This document shows, piece by piece, positions 43,538 through 59,362 of a DNA stretch of 64,000 bases. Position 1 is the first letter of the stretch, and every line of letters begins with the position of its first letter. This DNA comes from the human T2T-CHM13v2.0 reference genome, Homo sapiens. The stretch lies in assembly GCF_009914755.1 (NCBI RefSeq), contig NC_060947.1. One strand, given 5' to 3'. Under the pieces are notes generated by a model. That model did not search any database and had not been told where the DNA came from. It saw nothing but the letters and a program-made list of their open reading frames with translations. The translations under genes and the position numbers were made by a program.

Positions 43538-43830
43538 AAAAAACCATTAGAAGCCCAAATATCACTTTTATTAATGATAGAGATCAGCATGAAGCAGCCA
43601 AAAGGGCTTGTTAAATGAACCCGAGAAGTAGACAGATTTTTCCGCTCACTGTAGGCGTGATCAGGAAATTAATACCCTGTGGGAAAGAGAATTCCCACTC
43701 CCTGCACAAAACAAGCCCCCAAGAGAGAAACTGGGATGGAGCTGGGCCATGGGCAGGCCCCAGTCCTCTAGTTTACCATTAAAATAAGCACAGTCAATAA
43801 AGGGGGAATGAAATACCTGGGTATAATTCT

Positions 43831-44133
43831 TTTGTTTGTTTGTTTGTTTGTTTTTAGCAGTCTCACTCTGTTGCCCAGGCTGGAGTACAGTGGTACAATC
43901 TTGGTTCACTGCAACCTCCACCTCCTGGGCTCAAGTGATTCTGCCGCCTCAGCCTCCCGAGTAGCTGGGACTACAAGCTCACACCACCACTCCCAGCTAA
44001 TTTTTGTATTTTTAGTAGAGATGGGGTTTCACCATGTTGGCCAAGCTGGTCTCAAACTCCTGGCCTCAAGCAATCTGCCCGCCTTGGCCTCCCAAAGTGT
44101 TGGGATTACAGCAGTGAGCCACCGCGCCTGGCC
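43831..44133 (-). mobile_element. Alu (Sz/Jb-like)
   Basis: Full dimer with (TTTG)n tail; 16-bp TSD ACCTG..TATAATTCT at 43815-43830 and 44134-44149 (2 mismatches). Confidence 0.9.
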
Positions 44134-44477
44134 ACCTGACTATAATTCTAATGGGGCTCTAGTCACTAAAGAGAAACATGAGAAATCAACGGAAACCTCT
44201 GTTTTAGCTTCTTGTCAAGAGCTGTTCAGGGTTGTACCTGGGAGAACTGAGGCTTTTGGGGTCTCTGGGGAAAAGGATGGAGCTAATGGGTATGACAAAT
44301 GAATATTCATGAGGAGTATTTTGGACGGGTTGATGGGCAAAGCTAATTGAAGATAACTAATGGGAGGGGGAAGATGCTCAGGACTGCCAAGTCCTTGAGT
44401 ATGAGCATCAACACTTAAACTAGAAAACCTAAGCAAAGTATAGGAATCCATGCCTAAAAAGTCAAGATCAATCCCAG

Positions 44478-44611
44478 TGCCACACACCAAAAATTCCTCC
44501 AAATGGATGAAAGATCTAAATTTTTTCAAAAAAGAAACAATAGAAGAAAACATGGGTGAATTCCTTTATAACTTATAAAAACCTTTCTAATTATTACTCA
44601 AAATTCCAGAA
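44478..44611 (+). mobile_element. Short old L1M ORF2 fragment
   Basis: ccaaatggatgaaagatctaaa...agaagaaaacatgggtgaa...actcaaaattccagaa. Confidence 0.7.
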
Positions 44612-45413
44612 ACCCCAAAAGCCTCAGTTCTCCCAGGTACAACTCTTATGTAGGAGGCTTGACATGACATGACTAGTATGACATGCGCAGAGCTCTGAAA
44701 GTTTTGCATTTCCAAGGATGAGGTTTGGGTTCTTGGTGTTATTCCTACTGCATATGGGTCTGCATTTGGATTGAAAAGTTTTTAGGGGTATCTAGTGGGG
44801 TGAAGAGTGGTGAGGAAAGGCAACAGTATAAAATAAGATGGGTAGGTCACATGATGGTGAGCTTCAATTTCCCTTGGATTTTCCTTCTGGTCCCCCTCCT
44901 GCTTTCTTCTTTGTCTCACTTTTGTCTTGGTGTCATTGAATGAGGGTGATTAATCTTCATCATTTGAGCATGTTTTTAAGACTTTTGCAATGCAAGTCTG
45001 ACTCTTGAAGTTTGCATAGCATGCTTTTCTCTAGGGGAATGTTAATAAACTGTTTCACTAACAAAAAGTTTTCAAATGCGGGAAAATAGATGAGTGTTTG
45101 CACTCCGCGAAAATTCTTTTCATACTGAATAATGTAGCTGTCAGTCCACAAGTTGATTTCTCAGAAACTTACTGCCAAACTGCTACTTCCTGGTCCTTGC
45201 CTACAATGAAAGTTGTTTATTCATTAATCAGTTATGTGCCTCGTTTACATGCGCTTTCTGCTGAAGGCAAAATGCTCCACGTGCTACCTTTAAACGAACT
45301 AAAGCCAAATTTCCTTTACTATCTTCTAGGATTTTGACTATTCTGGCCATTTTATCTTCTCTTTTAAATGTGGGAAATCATCATAAAATGGACTAGCTTT
45401 TCCCTTGCACTGA

Positions 45414-45753
<340 letters not shown>

Positions 45754-45807
45754 TAGTCAAAAATGGATTGATTTTTGAAACTGAGATCACGATTAACGGA
45801 GGTAGAA

Positions 45808-46209
45808 TGAATTAGCCCATTCTTGCATCGCTATAAATGAATACCTGAGGTTGGGTAATTTATATATATTAAAAAAGAGGTTTAATTGGCTCATAGTTCT
45901 GCATCTGCTCAGCTTCTGGTGAGGGCCTCAAGAATCTTACAATCATGGCAGAAGGCCATGGGGAGCCAGCAGGTCACGTGGCGAGAGCAGGAGCAACAGA
46001 GTGAGGCAGGGAAGGTCCCAGACTTTTAAACAACCAGATCTCACATGAACTAACTGAGCAAGAACTCACTTATCACCAAGGGGATGGTGCTAAGCCATTC
46101 ATGAGGGATCCACCCCCATGATCCAATACCTCCCACCAGGCCCCACCTCCCACGTTGGAAGTCACATTTCAATATGAGATTTGGAGAGGACACACATCCA
46201 AATCACATA
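45808..46209 (-). mobile_element. MSTA-like MaLR solo LTR
   Basis: gaggtttaattggctcatagttctgca...ccattcatgagggatccacccccatgatccaa...gagatttggagaggacacacatccaaa. Confidence 0.85.
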
Positions 46210-46657
46210 ATGGAGCATTTGCATTGTGCTGCCAAACAGGAAATTCTCAAATGGTGTACAATGAACGAATGTGGGACAGCATACCCCAGATATTCTCATT
46301 GATCATAAAACTGCTGTGCTATCCCAACAAATGACTCTTGATTAAAGACAATGCATTTATTGCCTTGAGAAGTCCAAACCTTGTTGGCCTGAAAGCCTCT
46401 TGAAAGGCAAGCACCATGTTTAATTTCGAGTGTGTCCTGAGACCATAGTATGAAAGAATTTATTACATGGACTAAAGATACAATTTTTAGATAATATTTT
46501 CATTTCTAATTTTTTAAAAGTAATAAATCAAAGGAAATTGATTATAAATAACCTGAACGCCATAATTTTAGATATATACGTAAAGTATGAAGGAAGAAAT
46601 GAGCTAAATCCACACATAACATCTTATCTTTGTAAGACAGGGAAATTCATAGAAAAT

Positions 46658-47025
46658 ATTATCTTGGTTTGGGTTGTCCCCTGAAAGCAGATCCTTAATC
46701 AAGAATTCAGGAGTTTATTTGGGAGATGATCTCAGGAAAATGCCAGTAGTGGAGCGTATACATGAGAAAGAGAAAGGAAGGAAGTCAGTGAAGTGTGTTA
46801 TCAAGTCAATATCACTGTGGGCAACTGGAACTAAATCCACTGAATGCTGGAAGACACTGAAGACTATGCCTCATAGTTGCCCCAACTAAGGGGTGAGGAA
46901 GTCTGTAGTTGGTTGAGGGCTGCTTCTAGGAACATTAAGTCTCTGGCACATCCATGACTCAACCAAGGATGAACTCAAGCATGAATGTCAAGGGTATATG
47001 GAAGGAGTAGCAACAATATTCCCTC
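46658..47025 (-). mobile_element. Old ERVL-type LTR fragment
   Basis: ttggtttgggtt...aagcagatcc...gtttatttgggagatgatctcagg resembles a reverse-strand ERVL LTR end. Confidence 0.5.
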
Positions 47026-47970
47026 CTAAGTGAAAGTGATGGAAAGTACAGGACAAAAAAAAATTTCATACTCTTTTAAAACACCATTTGGAGTCTAGAA
47101 ACTAATTCCCATAGGAAAATAATTTAGAATAGCTAAAGCAAGAGAGAAAAAAAAAGAGATAAAGAGAGACAGAGAGACAGGAAGAGAGGAGATAGAGAGA
47201 GAAACAAAAACCAAAAGAAGTAACCAAAGGTTTCCATTAAAGCAATATATTGAGTCATTAAGTATTCATAACCTCCCATATCTCTTTGTAATGACTGTAG
47301 GGTTTCCTAACTAAAAAATACAACTTCTTTAATATAATCCCCAAAATTTCAAGTCACCATGCTGAAAAATCCAAGGATGGATTAGATATATTATCTTCCC
47401 TACTTGAAGTATCGATTTTTGCCTTCTCAAAATTTTGCTCATTTTTAGGAGGGTTTTTTTTAGAGTTAGGTGACTCAGATATGCAAATTTTAACTTTTGA
47501 TCTCATTTGTAAGCTTCAGGTTTGGGGGTCGGATGTTGGAGAGAAACTAGAGTCATCCAGAAGACAATAAGGTCGATGATAATGTAGCTGCAAAACATGT
47601 AGTGGGAAAATTAATGACTGAAGATCTTTGGCTTGGAGAAGAAGGGGGAGTGGCAAAGCTGCTTCCAATCATGTCAAAATCTGAAATGGAAGTAAAATTC
47701 GTTATTCTATTTTGTTCTCCTGCATCCATCAAAATAGTTTTTATGTGTGGTGGGGAGTGGGAGACAGCAAATGAGGAGAGAGACAGGGAAAGAGAAGGGG
47801 TTAGGAAACGAAGAACTGAAATTATAGATTAGTGGTTTCTACTGACTCAAGGCAGAAGCTGCTAATGAAGGCCAGAGGCATGAGCCAAGACTCTGGGGAA
47901 ACAGCAGACCCTATGTTGTCAGAATTGCCAAGAACAAACAGAAAGTCCAAAAGACCAGAGGCAGAATTTA

Positions 47971-49578
<1,608 letters not shown>

Positions 49579-49927
49579 AAGATTACAAAACTGAGAGTTT
49601 AGATGATGGCAACTGGGTCAAAATGAAAGTAAGTTGGGAATAAGTGAAGAGGGGGGTTAGGGGGTGTCATCTTAACAGTCCTGAAGCTGGGAGGGACCAG
49701 AGCTTAAAACTAGCACCAGGTGTTAGAAGGAGCAGGAAAGCACAGCCACCAGAAGGTCCACCATTCCCCAGATGTCCCCTACAGTCTGCCTTTGCATACA
49801 GAGTAAATCTTAACTCTCTTTGCAAGCTCCCTTCACATGCTGCCTCCTTCATGGAACTGGTTTCCTCCTCTGTGCCTCTATGATAATTTTTAGGACATTT
49901 TGCCTTACTTATATTATAAACAGGCAT

Positions 49928-49952
49928 ACACACACACACACACACACACACA
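49928..49952. repeat. (CA)n microsatellite
   Basis: Seen directly in the sequence. Confidence 0.95.
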
Positions 49953-51522
49953 GAATGAAGACTGTCTTGCTCATTTTTTCATGTCCCCTATCTCCAGTGC
50001 AATGACGGCTCATGGTAGTTCATCACCATATTCTCTGAACTACAAAAGCACTTTCTCTATACCTCCCTAGGGGTATGTCCACAATAAGAAACCAATACAA
50101 ATAAGAATAATAGTAGCTATTACTTATTGAGCACTTGCTATAAACCAGACACTGACACTGACACTAGCCTCTTTACCTCTCTTTTCCACCTGGAAAACAG
50201 GAATAATGACATCTAGTTCATGGAGATGTCATGGTTACACAAAGTGATGCAAGTGAGAGTCTTAGCACTGGGGCTGACAAATATTAAGCATTTCGTAAAT
50301 ATTTTACCACAATATCTATGTGTGTTTTATGGCCAAGAATGTGGTCTATCTTGGTGATTGTTCCGTGTGAACTTGAGAAGAATGTATATTCCACTGTTGT
50401 TGGATGCAGAAGTCTATAGATATCAATTATATCCAATTGATTGATGGTGGTGTTGAGTTCAACTATGTCCTTACTGACTTTCCACCTGTTGAACCTGTCC
50501 ATTTCTGATAAAGGGGTGTTGAAGTCTCTAACTGTAATAACGGATTCATCTATTTCTCCTTGCAGTTCAATCTGTTTTTACCTCACATCTTTTGATGCTA
50601 TGTGGCTAGGCGCATACATGGTAACAATTGTTACATCTTCTTGGATGATTGACCGCTTTATCATTATGTAATGTCCCTCTTTATTCCTGATAACTTCCCT
50701 TGCTTTGAAGTCTCCTCTGTCTGAAAATAACATAGCTACTTCTGCTTTCTTTTCCTTAGTATTAGCATATACATATTTCTCCATTCCTTTACTTTAAATT
50801 TATATGTATCTTTATATTTAAAGTGAGTTTTTTTATAGTTTCAACTTTTATTTTGGATTCATGGGGTATATGTGCAGATTTGTTACATGGGTATATTGCA
50901 TGGTGCGGAGGTTTGGAGTATAGATCCTGTCACCCAGGTAGTGAACATACTACCCAACAGGTAATTTTTCCACCCACATATCCATCCTTCCCTCTCCTTC
51001 TAGTAGTCTACAGTGTCTATTGCCCCCATCTTTATGTCCATGTGTATTCAATGTTTAGCTCCCACTTATAAGTGACAACGTGCAGTATTTGGTTTTCTGT
51101 GCCTGTGTTAATTTGCTTAGGATTATGGTCTCCAGCTGCATCCATGTTGTTGCAAAGGACATGATTTCATTCTTTTTTATTGTTGCATAGTATTCCATGG
51201 TGTATATGTACCACATTTTCATATCCAACCCACCATTGATGGGAACCTAGGTTGATCTCCCATCTTTGCTATTGTGAACAGTGCTGCAATGAGCATACAA
51301 GTGCATGTACCTTCTTGGTAGAACAATTTCTTTTCCTTTGGGTATATACCCAGTAATGGAATTGCTGGGTTGAATGGTAGCTATGTTTTAAGTTCTTTGA
51401 GAAATCTCCAAACTGCTTTCCACACTGGCTAAACCAATTTATATTCCTACCAGCAGTGTGTAAGCTTTCCCTTTTTTCCACAGCCTCACCACCATCTGTT
51501 ATTTTTTGACTTTTTAATGATA

Positions 51523-51592
51523 TTACTTCTTTTAATGGCAATTGCCGTTACTTTTAATGGCAAAAACTGCAATTACTTTTGCACCAGCCTAA
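51523..51592. mobile_element. MADE1 (Hsmar1 MITE), rearranged
   Basis: ttacttttaatggcaaaaactgcaattacttttgcaccagcctaa; TA on both sides (51521-51522 and 51593-51594). Confidence 0.85.
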
Positions 51593-52163
51593 TAGCTATT
51601 CTGGGTGGTGGAGACGGTATTTCACGGTGGTTTTGATTTGCATTTCTCTGATGATTCGTGAAGATGAACATTATTTCATACTTTTTTTGGCCGCTTATAT
51701 GTCTTCTTTTGAGAAGTGTCTCTACTCATGTCCTTTGCTCATTTTTAATGGGGTTGTTTTCAGCTTGTTGATTTGTTTAAGTTCTTTACAGATTCTGGAT
51801 ATTAGACCTTTCTCAGATGCATAGTTTGTGAATACTTTCTCCCATTCTATAGGTGTTCTGTTTTTTGATCATTTCTTTTGCTATGCGGAAGCTGTTTCAT
51901 TTAATTAGGTCCCAATTGTCAAATTTTATTTTTGTTACAATTCTTGTTTTTTTTTTGTAAGAATTTTTCACTTTATCATCAGGTAAGGCCAATGTTGAGA
52001 AGGATCTTTCCTGGATTTTTTTTCTAGGATTTTTATTGTTTGAGGTCTTACATTCAAATCTTTAATCCATCTTTTTTTGTATGTGCTGAAAGGTAGGAGT
52101 CTAGTTTCATTCTTCTGCATATGGATAGCCAGTTATCCCAGCACCATTTATTACATAGGGAAT

Positions 52164-52682
52164 TGTTGGGAGCAGCCCCCGCAAAATCTGGCCACAAACT
52201 GGCCCCAAAACTGGCCATAAACAAAATTTCTGCAGCACTGTGACATGTTCATAATGGCCATAATGCCCACGCTGGAAGGTTGTGGGTTTACGGGAATGAG
52301 GGCAAGGAACATCTGGCCCGCCCAGGGTGGAAAACCGCTTAAAGGCATTCTTAAGCCACAAACAATCGCATGAGCGATCTGTGCCTTAAGGACATGCTCC
52401 TGCTGCAGTTAACTAACCCAACCTATCCCTTTAATTCAGCCCATCCCTTCGTTTCCCATAAGGGCTACTTTTAGTTAATTTAATATCTATAGAAACCATG
52501 CTAATGGCTGGTTTGCTGTTAATAAATACGTGGGTAAATCTCTGTTCAGAGCTCTCAGCTCTGAAGGCTATGAGACCCCTGATTTCCCACTTCGCACCTC
52601 TATATTTCTGTGTGTGTGTCTTTAATTCCTCTAGCTCCTCTGAGTTAAGGTCTCCCTGACCAAGCTGGAGCTGGTCTTGGCA
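52164..52682 (+). mobile_element. MER9 solo LTR (HERV-K HML-3)
   Basis: Runs tgttgggagcagcccc...ggtcttggca; 6-bp TSD GGGAAT/GGGAGT. Confidence 0.88.
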
Positions 52683-52737
52683 GGGAGTCCTTTCCCCATG
52701 GCTTGTTTTTGTTAGCTTCACCAAAGATCAGATGGTT

Positions 52738-53035
<298 letters not shown>

Positions 53036-53817
53036 ATCAGATGGTTGTAGATGTGCTGCTTTATTTCTGGGTTCTCTATTCTATTTCATTGGTCTTTGTG
53101 TCTATTTTTGTACCAGTCCCATGCTGTTTTGGTTACTGCAGCCTTATAGTATAGTTTGAAGTCAGGTAGTGTGATGCCTCTGGCTTTGTTCTTTTTGCTT
53201 AGGAATTCTTTGGCTATTTGGGCTCTTTTTTGTTCCACACAAATTTTAGAATAGTTTTTTCTAATTCTGTGAAAAATGATGTTGATACCTTGATACAAAT
53301 AGCGATTGAATCTGTAGATTGCTTTGGGCAGTATGGCCATTTTAATGATATTGATTCTTCCAATCTATGAACATGTAATGTTTTCCCATTATTTGTGTCA
53401 TGTCTGATTTCCTTCAGCAGTATTTTGTAGTTCTCCTTGGTCACTTGCATTCCTAGGTATTTCTTTTTTTTGTGGCTATTGTAAATGGAATTGCTTTCTT
53501 GATTTGGCTCTCAGCTTGAACATTACTGGTGTATAGAAATGGTACTGATTTTTGTACCTTAATTTGGTATCCTGGAACTTTACTGAAATAATTTTTCAGT
53601 TCTAGGAGCCTTTTGGTATAGTCTTCAGGGTTTTCTAGGTATACAGTCATATCAACAACGAAGAGAGATAGTTGGACTTATTTTCCTATTTGAATGCCTT
53701 TAATTTCTTTCTCTTGCCTGATTGCTCTGACTAGGACTTTCAGTTCTGTGTTAAATAGGAATGGTGAGAGAGGGCATCCTTGTCTTGTGCCAGTTCTCAA
53801 GAAGAATGGTTCCAGCT

Positions 53818-54451
53818 AAGCTTTTACACTGTTGGTGGGAGTGTAAATTAGTTCAACCATTGTGGAAAACAGTGTGGTGATTCCTCAAGGATCTAGAACT
53901 AGAAATACCGTTTGACCCAGCAATCCCATTACTGGGTATATACCCAAAGGATTATAAATCATGCTACTATAAAGACCCATGCAAATGTATGTTTATTGCA
54001 GCACTATTCACAATAGCAAAGACTTGGAACCAACCCAAATGTCCATTAATAATTGACTGAATAAAGAAAATGTGGCAAATATACACCATGGAATACTATG
54101 CAGCCATAAAAAAGGATGAGTTCATGTCCTTTGCAGGGACATGGATGAAAGTGGAAACCATCATTCTCAGCAAAATATCACAAGGACAGAAAACCAAACA
54201 CTGCATGTTCTCACTCATAAGTGGGAGTTGAACAATGAGAACACATGGACACGAGGAGGGGAACATCACACACCAGGGCCTGTTGGAGGGTGGGGGGCTG
54301 GGGGAGGAATAGCATTAGGAGAAATACTAATGTAAACGATGAGTTGATGGGTGCAGCAAACCAACATGGCACATGTATACCTATGTAACAAACCTGCACA
54401 CTGTGCACACGTACCCTAGAACTTAAAGTATAATTAAAAAAAAAAAAAAAG
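53818..54451 (+). mobile_element. 5'-truncated L1PA6/L1PA7-type insertion
   Basis: ORF2 end, 3'UTR and poly-A; 19-bp TSD AAGAAGAATG(G/A)TTCCAGCT at 53799-53817 and 54452-54470. Confidence 0.9.
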
Positions 54452-56673
54452 AAGAAGAATGATTCCAGCTTTGCCCATTCAGTCTGATGTTGGCTGTGGA
54501 TTTGTCATAGATGGCTGTTATTATTTTGAGGGATGTTCCTTTGATCCCTAGTCTGTTGATGTTTTTTATCATGAAGGGATTTCAGATTTTATCAAAAGAT
54601 TTTTCTGTGTCTATTGAGATTATCATACGGTTTTTGGCTTTAGTTCTATTTATGTGGTGAATCACATTCATTGATTTGCATATGTTGAGCCAGCTGTGCA
54701 CCCCAGGAATAAAGCCTACTTGATCATGGTGTATTAACTTTTTGATGTGCTGCTGGATTCAGATTGTTAGTATTTTGTTGAAGATTTTTGCATCTATGTT
54801 CATCAGGGATATTGGCCTGAAGTTTTCTTTTGTCATGTGTCTCTGTCAGATTTTGGTATCAGGCTGAAGCTGGCTTCATAGAATGAGTTAGGGAAGAGTC
54901 TCTACTTCTCACATTTTTTGAATGGTTTCGGTAGGATTGGTACCAGTCCTTCTTTGTACATCTGGTAGAACTGAGCTATGAATCCATCTGGTCCAGGGAT
55001 TTTGTTGGTTGGTAGGTTTTTTATTACTGATTCAATTTCATAACTTGTTATTGATCTGTTCAGGTTTCTACTTTCTTCCTGGTTCAATCCTTGTATATTT
55101 CCAGGAATTTATCCATTTCCTCTAGATTTTTTATTTTGTATGCACAGAGTTGTTCATAATAGTCTCTGGGGATCTTTTGTATTTCTCTGGGATCTGTTGT
55201 AATGACATCTTTGTCATTTCTGATTGCACTTATTTCTATGTTCTAGCAATCTTGTTTATTTTTCCAAAAACAAACTCTTGGTTTCATTAATCTTCTGCAT
55301 ATTCGTGTTTCAGTTTCATTCAGTTCTTGTCTAATCTTCTTTTCTTTTCTTCTGCCAGCTTTGGGGTTGGTTTTTTTCTTTCTTTCTAGTTCTTCTAGGT
55401 ACAAAGTTAGATTGTTCATTTGAGATTTTTCTACCTTCTTGATGAAGGCACTTAGCACTATAAACTTTTCTTTTAACACTGCTTTAGATGCATCCCACAG
55501 ATTTTGGTAAGTTGTGTCCCTATTTTCATTAATTTCAAAGAATTTTTTTATTTCTCCCTTAGTTTCATTGTTCATCCAGGAGTTACTCAGGAGCAAGTTG
55601 TTTAATTTCCATATATTTGTGTGGTTTTGAGAGATTTGCTTGATATTGATTTCTATTTTTATTGCATTGTGGTCCAAGAGTGTGCTTGGTATAATTTTGA
55701 CTTTTTAAAAAAATTCCCTGAGACTTGTTTTATGACTGAGCACATGTTCAATCTTCAAATATGTTCTGTGTGCAGATGAGAAGAACATATATTCTGTGGT
55801 TGTTGGGTGGCATATTCTATAGATGTCTATTAGGTCCAATTGGTCAAGTGTTGAATTTAAGTCTAGAATTTCTTTGTTCATTTTCTGCCTCAATGATCTG
55901 TCTAATGTTGTCAATGGGGTTTTGAAGTCTCCAACTATTATTGTCTGGCTGTCTAAGCCTTTTTATAGGTCAAGAAGAACTTGTTTTATGAATCTGGATG
56001 CTTTTATGTTGAGCGTGTATATTTTTAGGATAGTTAAGTCTTCCTGTTGAATTGTACTCTTTTATCATTATGTAATGCCCTTCTTGTCCTTCTTGATTGT
56101 TGTAGGTCTAAAGTCTGTTTTATCTGATATAAGAATAATGAATCCTGCTTTTTTCTGTTTTCGTTTGCATGGTTGATCTTTCTCCATCCCTTTACTTTGG
56201 GCCTGTGGTTGTCATTACATGTGAGATGGATCTCTTGAAGACAGCGGATGATGGGGTCTTGTCATTTTATCCATCTTGTCATTCTCTGTCTTTTAATTCC
56301 CTCACCATTTGCTTGTCTGAGAAGTATTTTATTTCTCATTTGCTTATGCATCTTAGTTTGGCTGTATATAAAAGTCTGGGTTGGAATTTCTTTTCTTTAA
56401 GAACACTGAAAATAGGTCCCCAATCTTTTCTGGCTTGTAAGGTTTCTCCTGAGAAGGCTGCTGCTAGCCTGGTGGGGTTTCCTTGTATGTGACCTGACCC
56501 TTCTCTCCAGCTACTTTTATAATTTTTTATTTCCCAGTGACCTTGGTGAATATGATGATTATGTGCCTTAGGGATGGTCATCTTGTAGAGTATCTAGCAG
56601 GGGTCCTCTGTCTTTCTTGAATTTGCATGTCAACCTCTCTAGGATTGGGGAAATTTTCATGGACTCTGTCCTT

Positions 56674-56793
56674 AAATATATTTTTAATATATTTAAAAAT
56701 ACAGAAATATAAATATATATTTTAATATATTAAAAATATATAAATATAAATATATTTTAATATATTTAAAAATATATAAATATAAATATATTT
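56674..56793. repeat. AT-rich imperfect tandem repeat (~36-40 bp, 3 copies)
   Basis: aaatatattttaatatatttaaaaatatataaatat-like units inside L1 ORF1. Confidence 0.8.
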
Positions 56794-58531
56794 TCCAAGT
56801 TACTTACTCTCTCTCCTTCTCTCTCAGAAATGCTAAAAGTCATAGGTTTCGTCTCTTTACATAGTCCCATATTTCTTGGAGGTTTTGTTCAATTCTTTCT
56901 TTATTTTTGTCAGACTGGGTTGATTTGAGGAACCCGTCTTCAAGCTCTGAGATTCTTTCCGCAGCTCGGTCTATTCTGCTGTTAATATTTCCAAGTATAA
57001 AATTCTTATAGTGAATTTTTCAGTGCCAGAAATTCAGTTTGATTCTTTCTTAAAATGGCTATTTTGTCTTTCAGCTCTTGGATTGTTTCACCGGATTCCT
57101 TGGATTCCTTGGATTGGGTTTCAGCTTTCTCCTGAGTCTCAATGAGCTTCATTGCCATCCAGATTCTGAATTCGATGTCTGTCATTTCAGCCTGGTTAAA
57201 AACCATTGTAGGAAAGCTAATGTGATTATTTGAAGGTAAGATACTCTGACTTTTAGAGTTGCCAGAGTTCTTGCACTGATTCTTTCTCATCTGTGAGGGC
57301 TGCTGTTCTCAGTCATTATAGTTTCAAATATGTCTTCTGTTTCTTTCTATTCTCCTTCTGGTGTTTTCATTACATATTTGTAGTTGTCCCGCAGTCTTTG
57401 GACATTGTGTTCTGTTTTTTCAGTCTTTGTCCTCTTTGCTTTTTGGGTTTGACAGTTTCTATTGATACATCCTCAGGCCCAGAGATTCTTTGCTCAGCTA
57501 TCTTTATTCTACTAATGATCCCATTGAAGACATTCTTCATTTCTGCTACAGTGGTTTTGATCTCTAGAATTTCTGTTTCTTTCTTTCTTCCTTCCTTCCC
57601 TCCTTCCTTCCTTCCTTCCTTTCTTTGGATTTCTGTCTCTCTGCTTACATTGTCCATCTGCTCTTGCATGCTGTCTACTTTTTCCATTAGGTCCCTTAAC
57701 AAATTAATCCTAGTAGTTTTGAACTCACAGTCCGATAATTCCAACATCCCTGCCATATCTGAGTCTAGTTCTGGTTATTTGCTCTTTTTGAATGGTGTTT
57801 TTTGCCTTTTAGTGTGTCTTGTAATTTTTTCTTGATAGCTGGCCATGATGTACTGGGTAAAAGAAGCCGCTGTAAATAGGCCTTTATTAATGTAGTGGTG
57901 AAGTGTGGAAGAGGGGGAAGTGTTCTATAGTCCTATGATTAGGTCTCAGTCTTTTAGTGAGCCTGTATCTCTGGAGTGTGAACTCCCACAGGTGTTTTTT
58001 AAATTTTTTTCCTCCACATTCTCCCTTAAGTGGGACAGGATAGCTAGAAAAGGCTGGAATTGGGTATTTCCCTTCTGCCAGGTCAGTTAGGCTCTGACAA
58101 AACTCCAGAGGTTAGGCTCTGATCAAATAGTTTCTTCTTCGGGCAGTCTATGTTAAGAACAGAGTGCTCTAACAGTTTTCAAAATTCTTCCTTTTCCTCT
58201 TCTCCTGCCAGAAGCACAAGGGCATTTTCCTCCAACATTTACTGTGAGAACCTGGAGGTAAAACTTACAACAGCATAAAAGACCATCCCCTCCATGACTG
58301 GATCCCCTGGAGTTTTTAACTCTCAGTCTTGTCCTCGCCTAGCCTCCAGCAATTTAATTACAGCTCAGGTTTTCCTACCCTGGCACTGGTCCCTGTGGCG
58401 GTTTCTACTCCAGTATGTCATGGTACACTGTATCTGCCAGTCTGTTTCTCCAGTTTTGGAAACAGCAGTTGTCCCTGTTGATGGGTCTAAGATTGTTGAT
58501 TTTTCACTTTGTTCAGATTTTTACTTGTTAG

Positions 58532-58884
<353 letters not shown>

Positions 58885-58958
58885 GACACTACCTTTTTAG
58901 TAAGTAACAGAAACACTGCTTTTGCTACTACTTTGACCATTAATCATCTGAGGGCTTG

Positions 58959-59125
58959 TGTTATAGACTGAATGTTTTATGTTCCCTCAAAATTCATATA
59001 TTAAAGCCCTAATCCCCAGTGTGATGGTATTTGGAGAGGGGACCTTTGAGAGGTAATTAGTTCATGAGGGTAAGGCTTGGTCTTATGAAATTAGTGCTCT
59101 TTTAAGAAGAGACACAAGAGAGCTT

Positions 59126-59159
<34 letters not shown>

Positions 59160-59362
59160 TCTCTCTCTCTCACTGCCATGTGAGGACACAGTGAGAAGGC
59201 AGCCATCTGCAAGTCAGGAGGACAGCATTCACCAGAACTCAACTATGCTGGCACCCTGATCTTGAACTTCCATCCTCCAGAACTGTGAGAAAAGGCATTT
59301 CTTTTGTTTAAGCATCCAATCTATGGTATTTTTTTTTAACGGAAGCTTGAGAAAACTAAGAC
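58959..59362 (+). mobile_element. MLT1A-like MaLR solo LTR with internal (CA)n
   Basis: tgttatagactgaatgt...gccatgtgaggacacagtgagaaggcagccatctgcaag...aactaagac. Confidence 0.85.

Noticed and set aside
43808-44302. 164-aa ORF and similar ORFs at 2957, 29999, 45444 and 58605
   Set aside because: Translations of antisense Alu sequence
57293-57835. 180-aa hydrophobic ORF
   Set aside because: Antisense reading of A-rich L1 ORF1 plus a (CTTC)n tract
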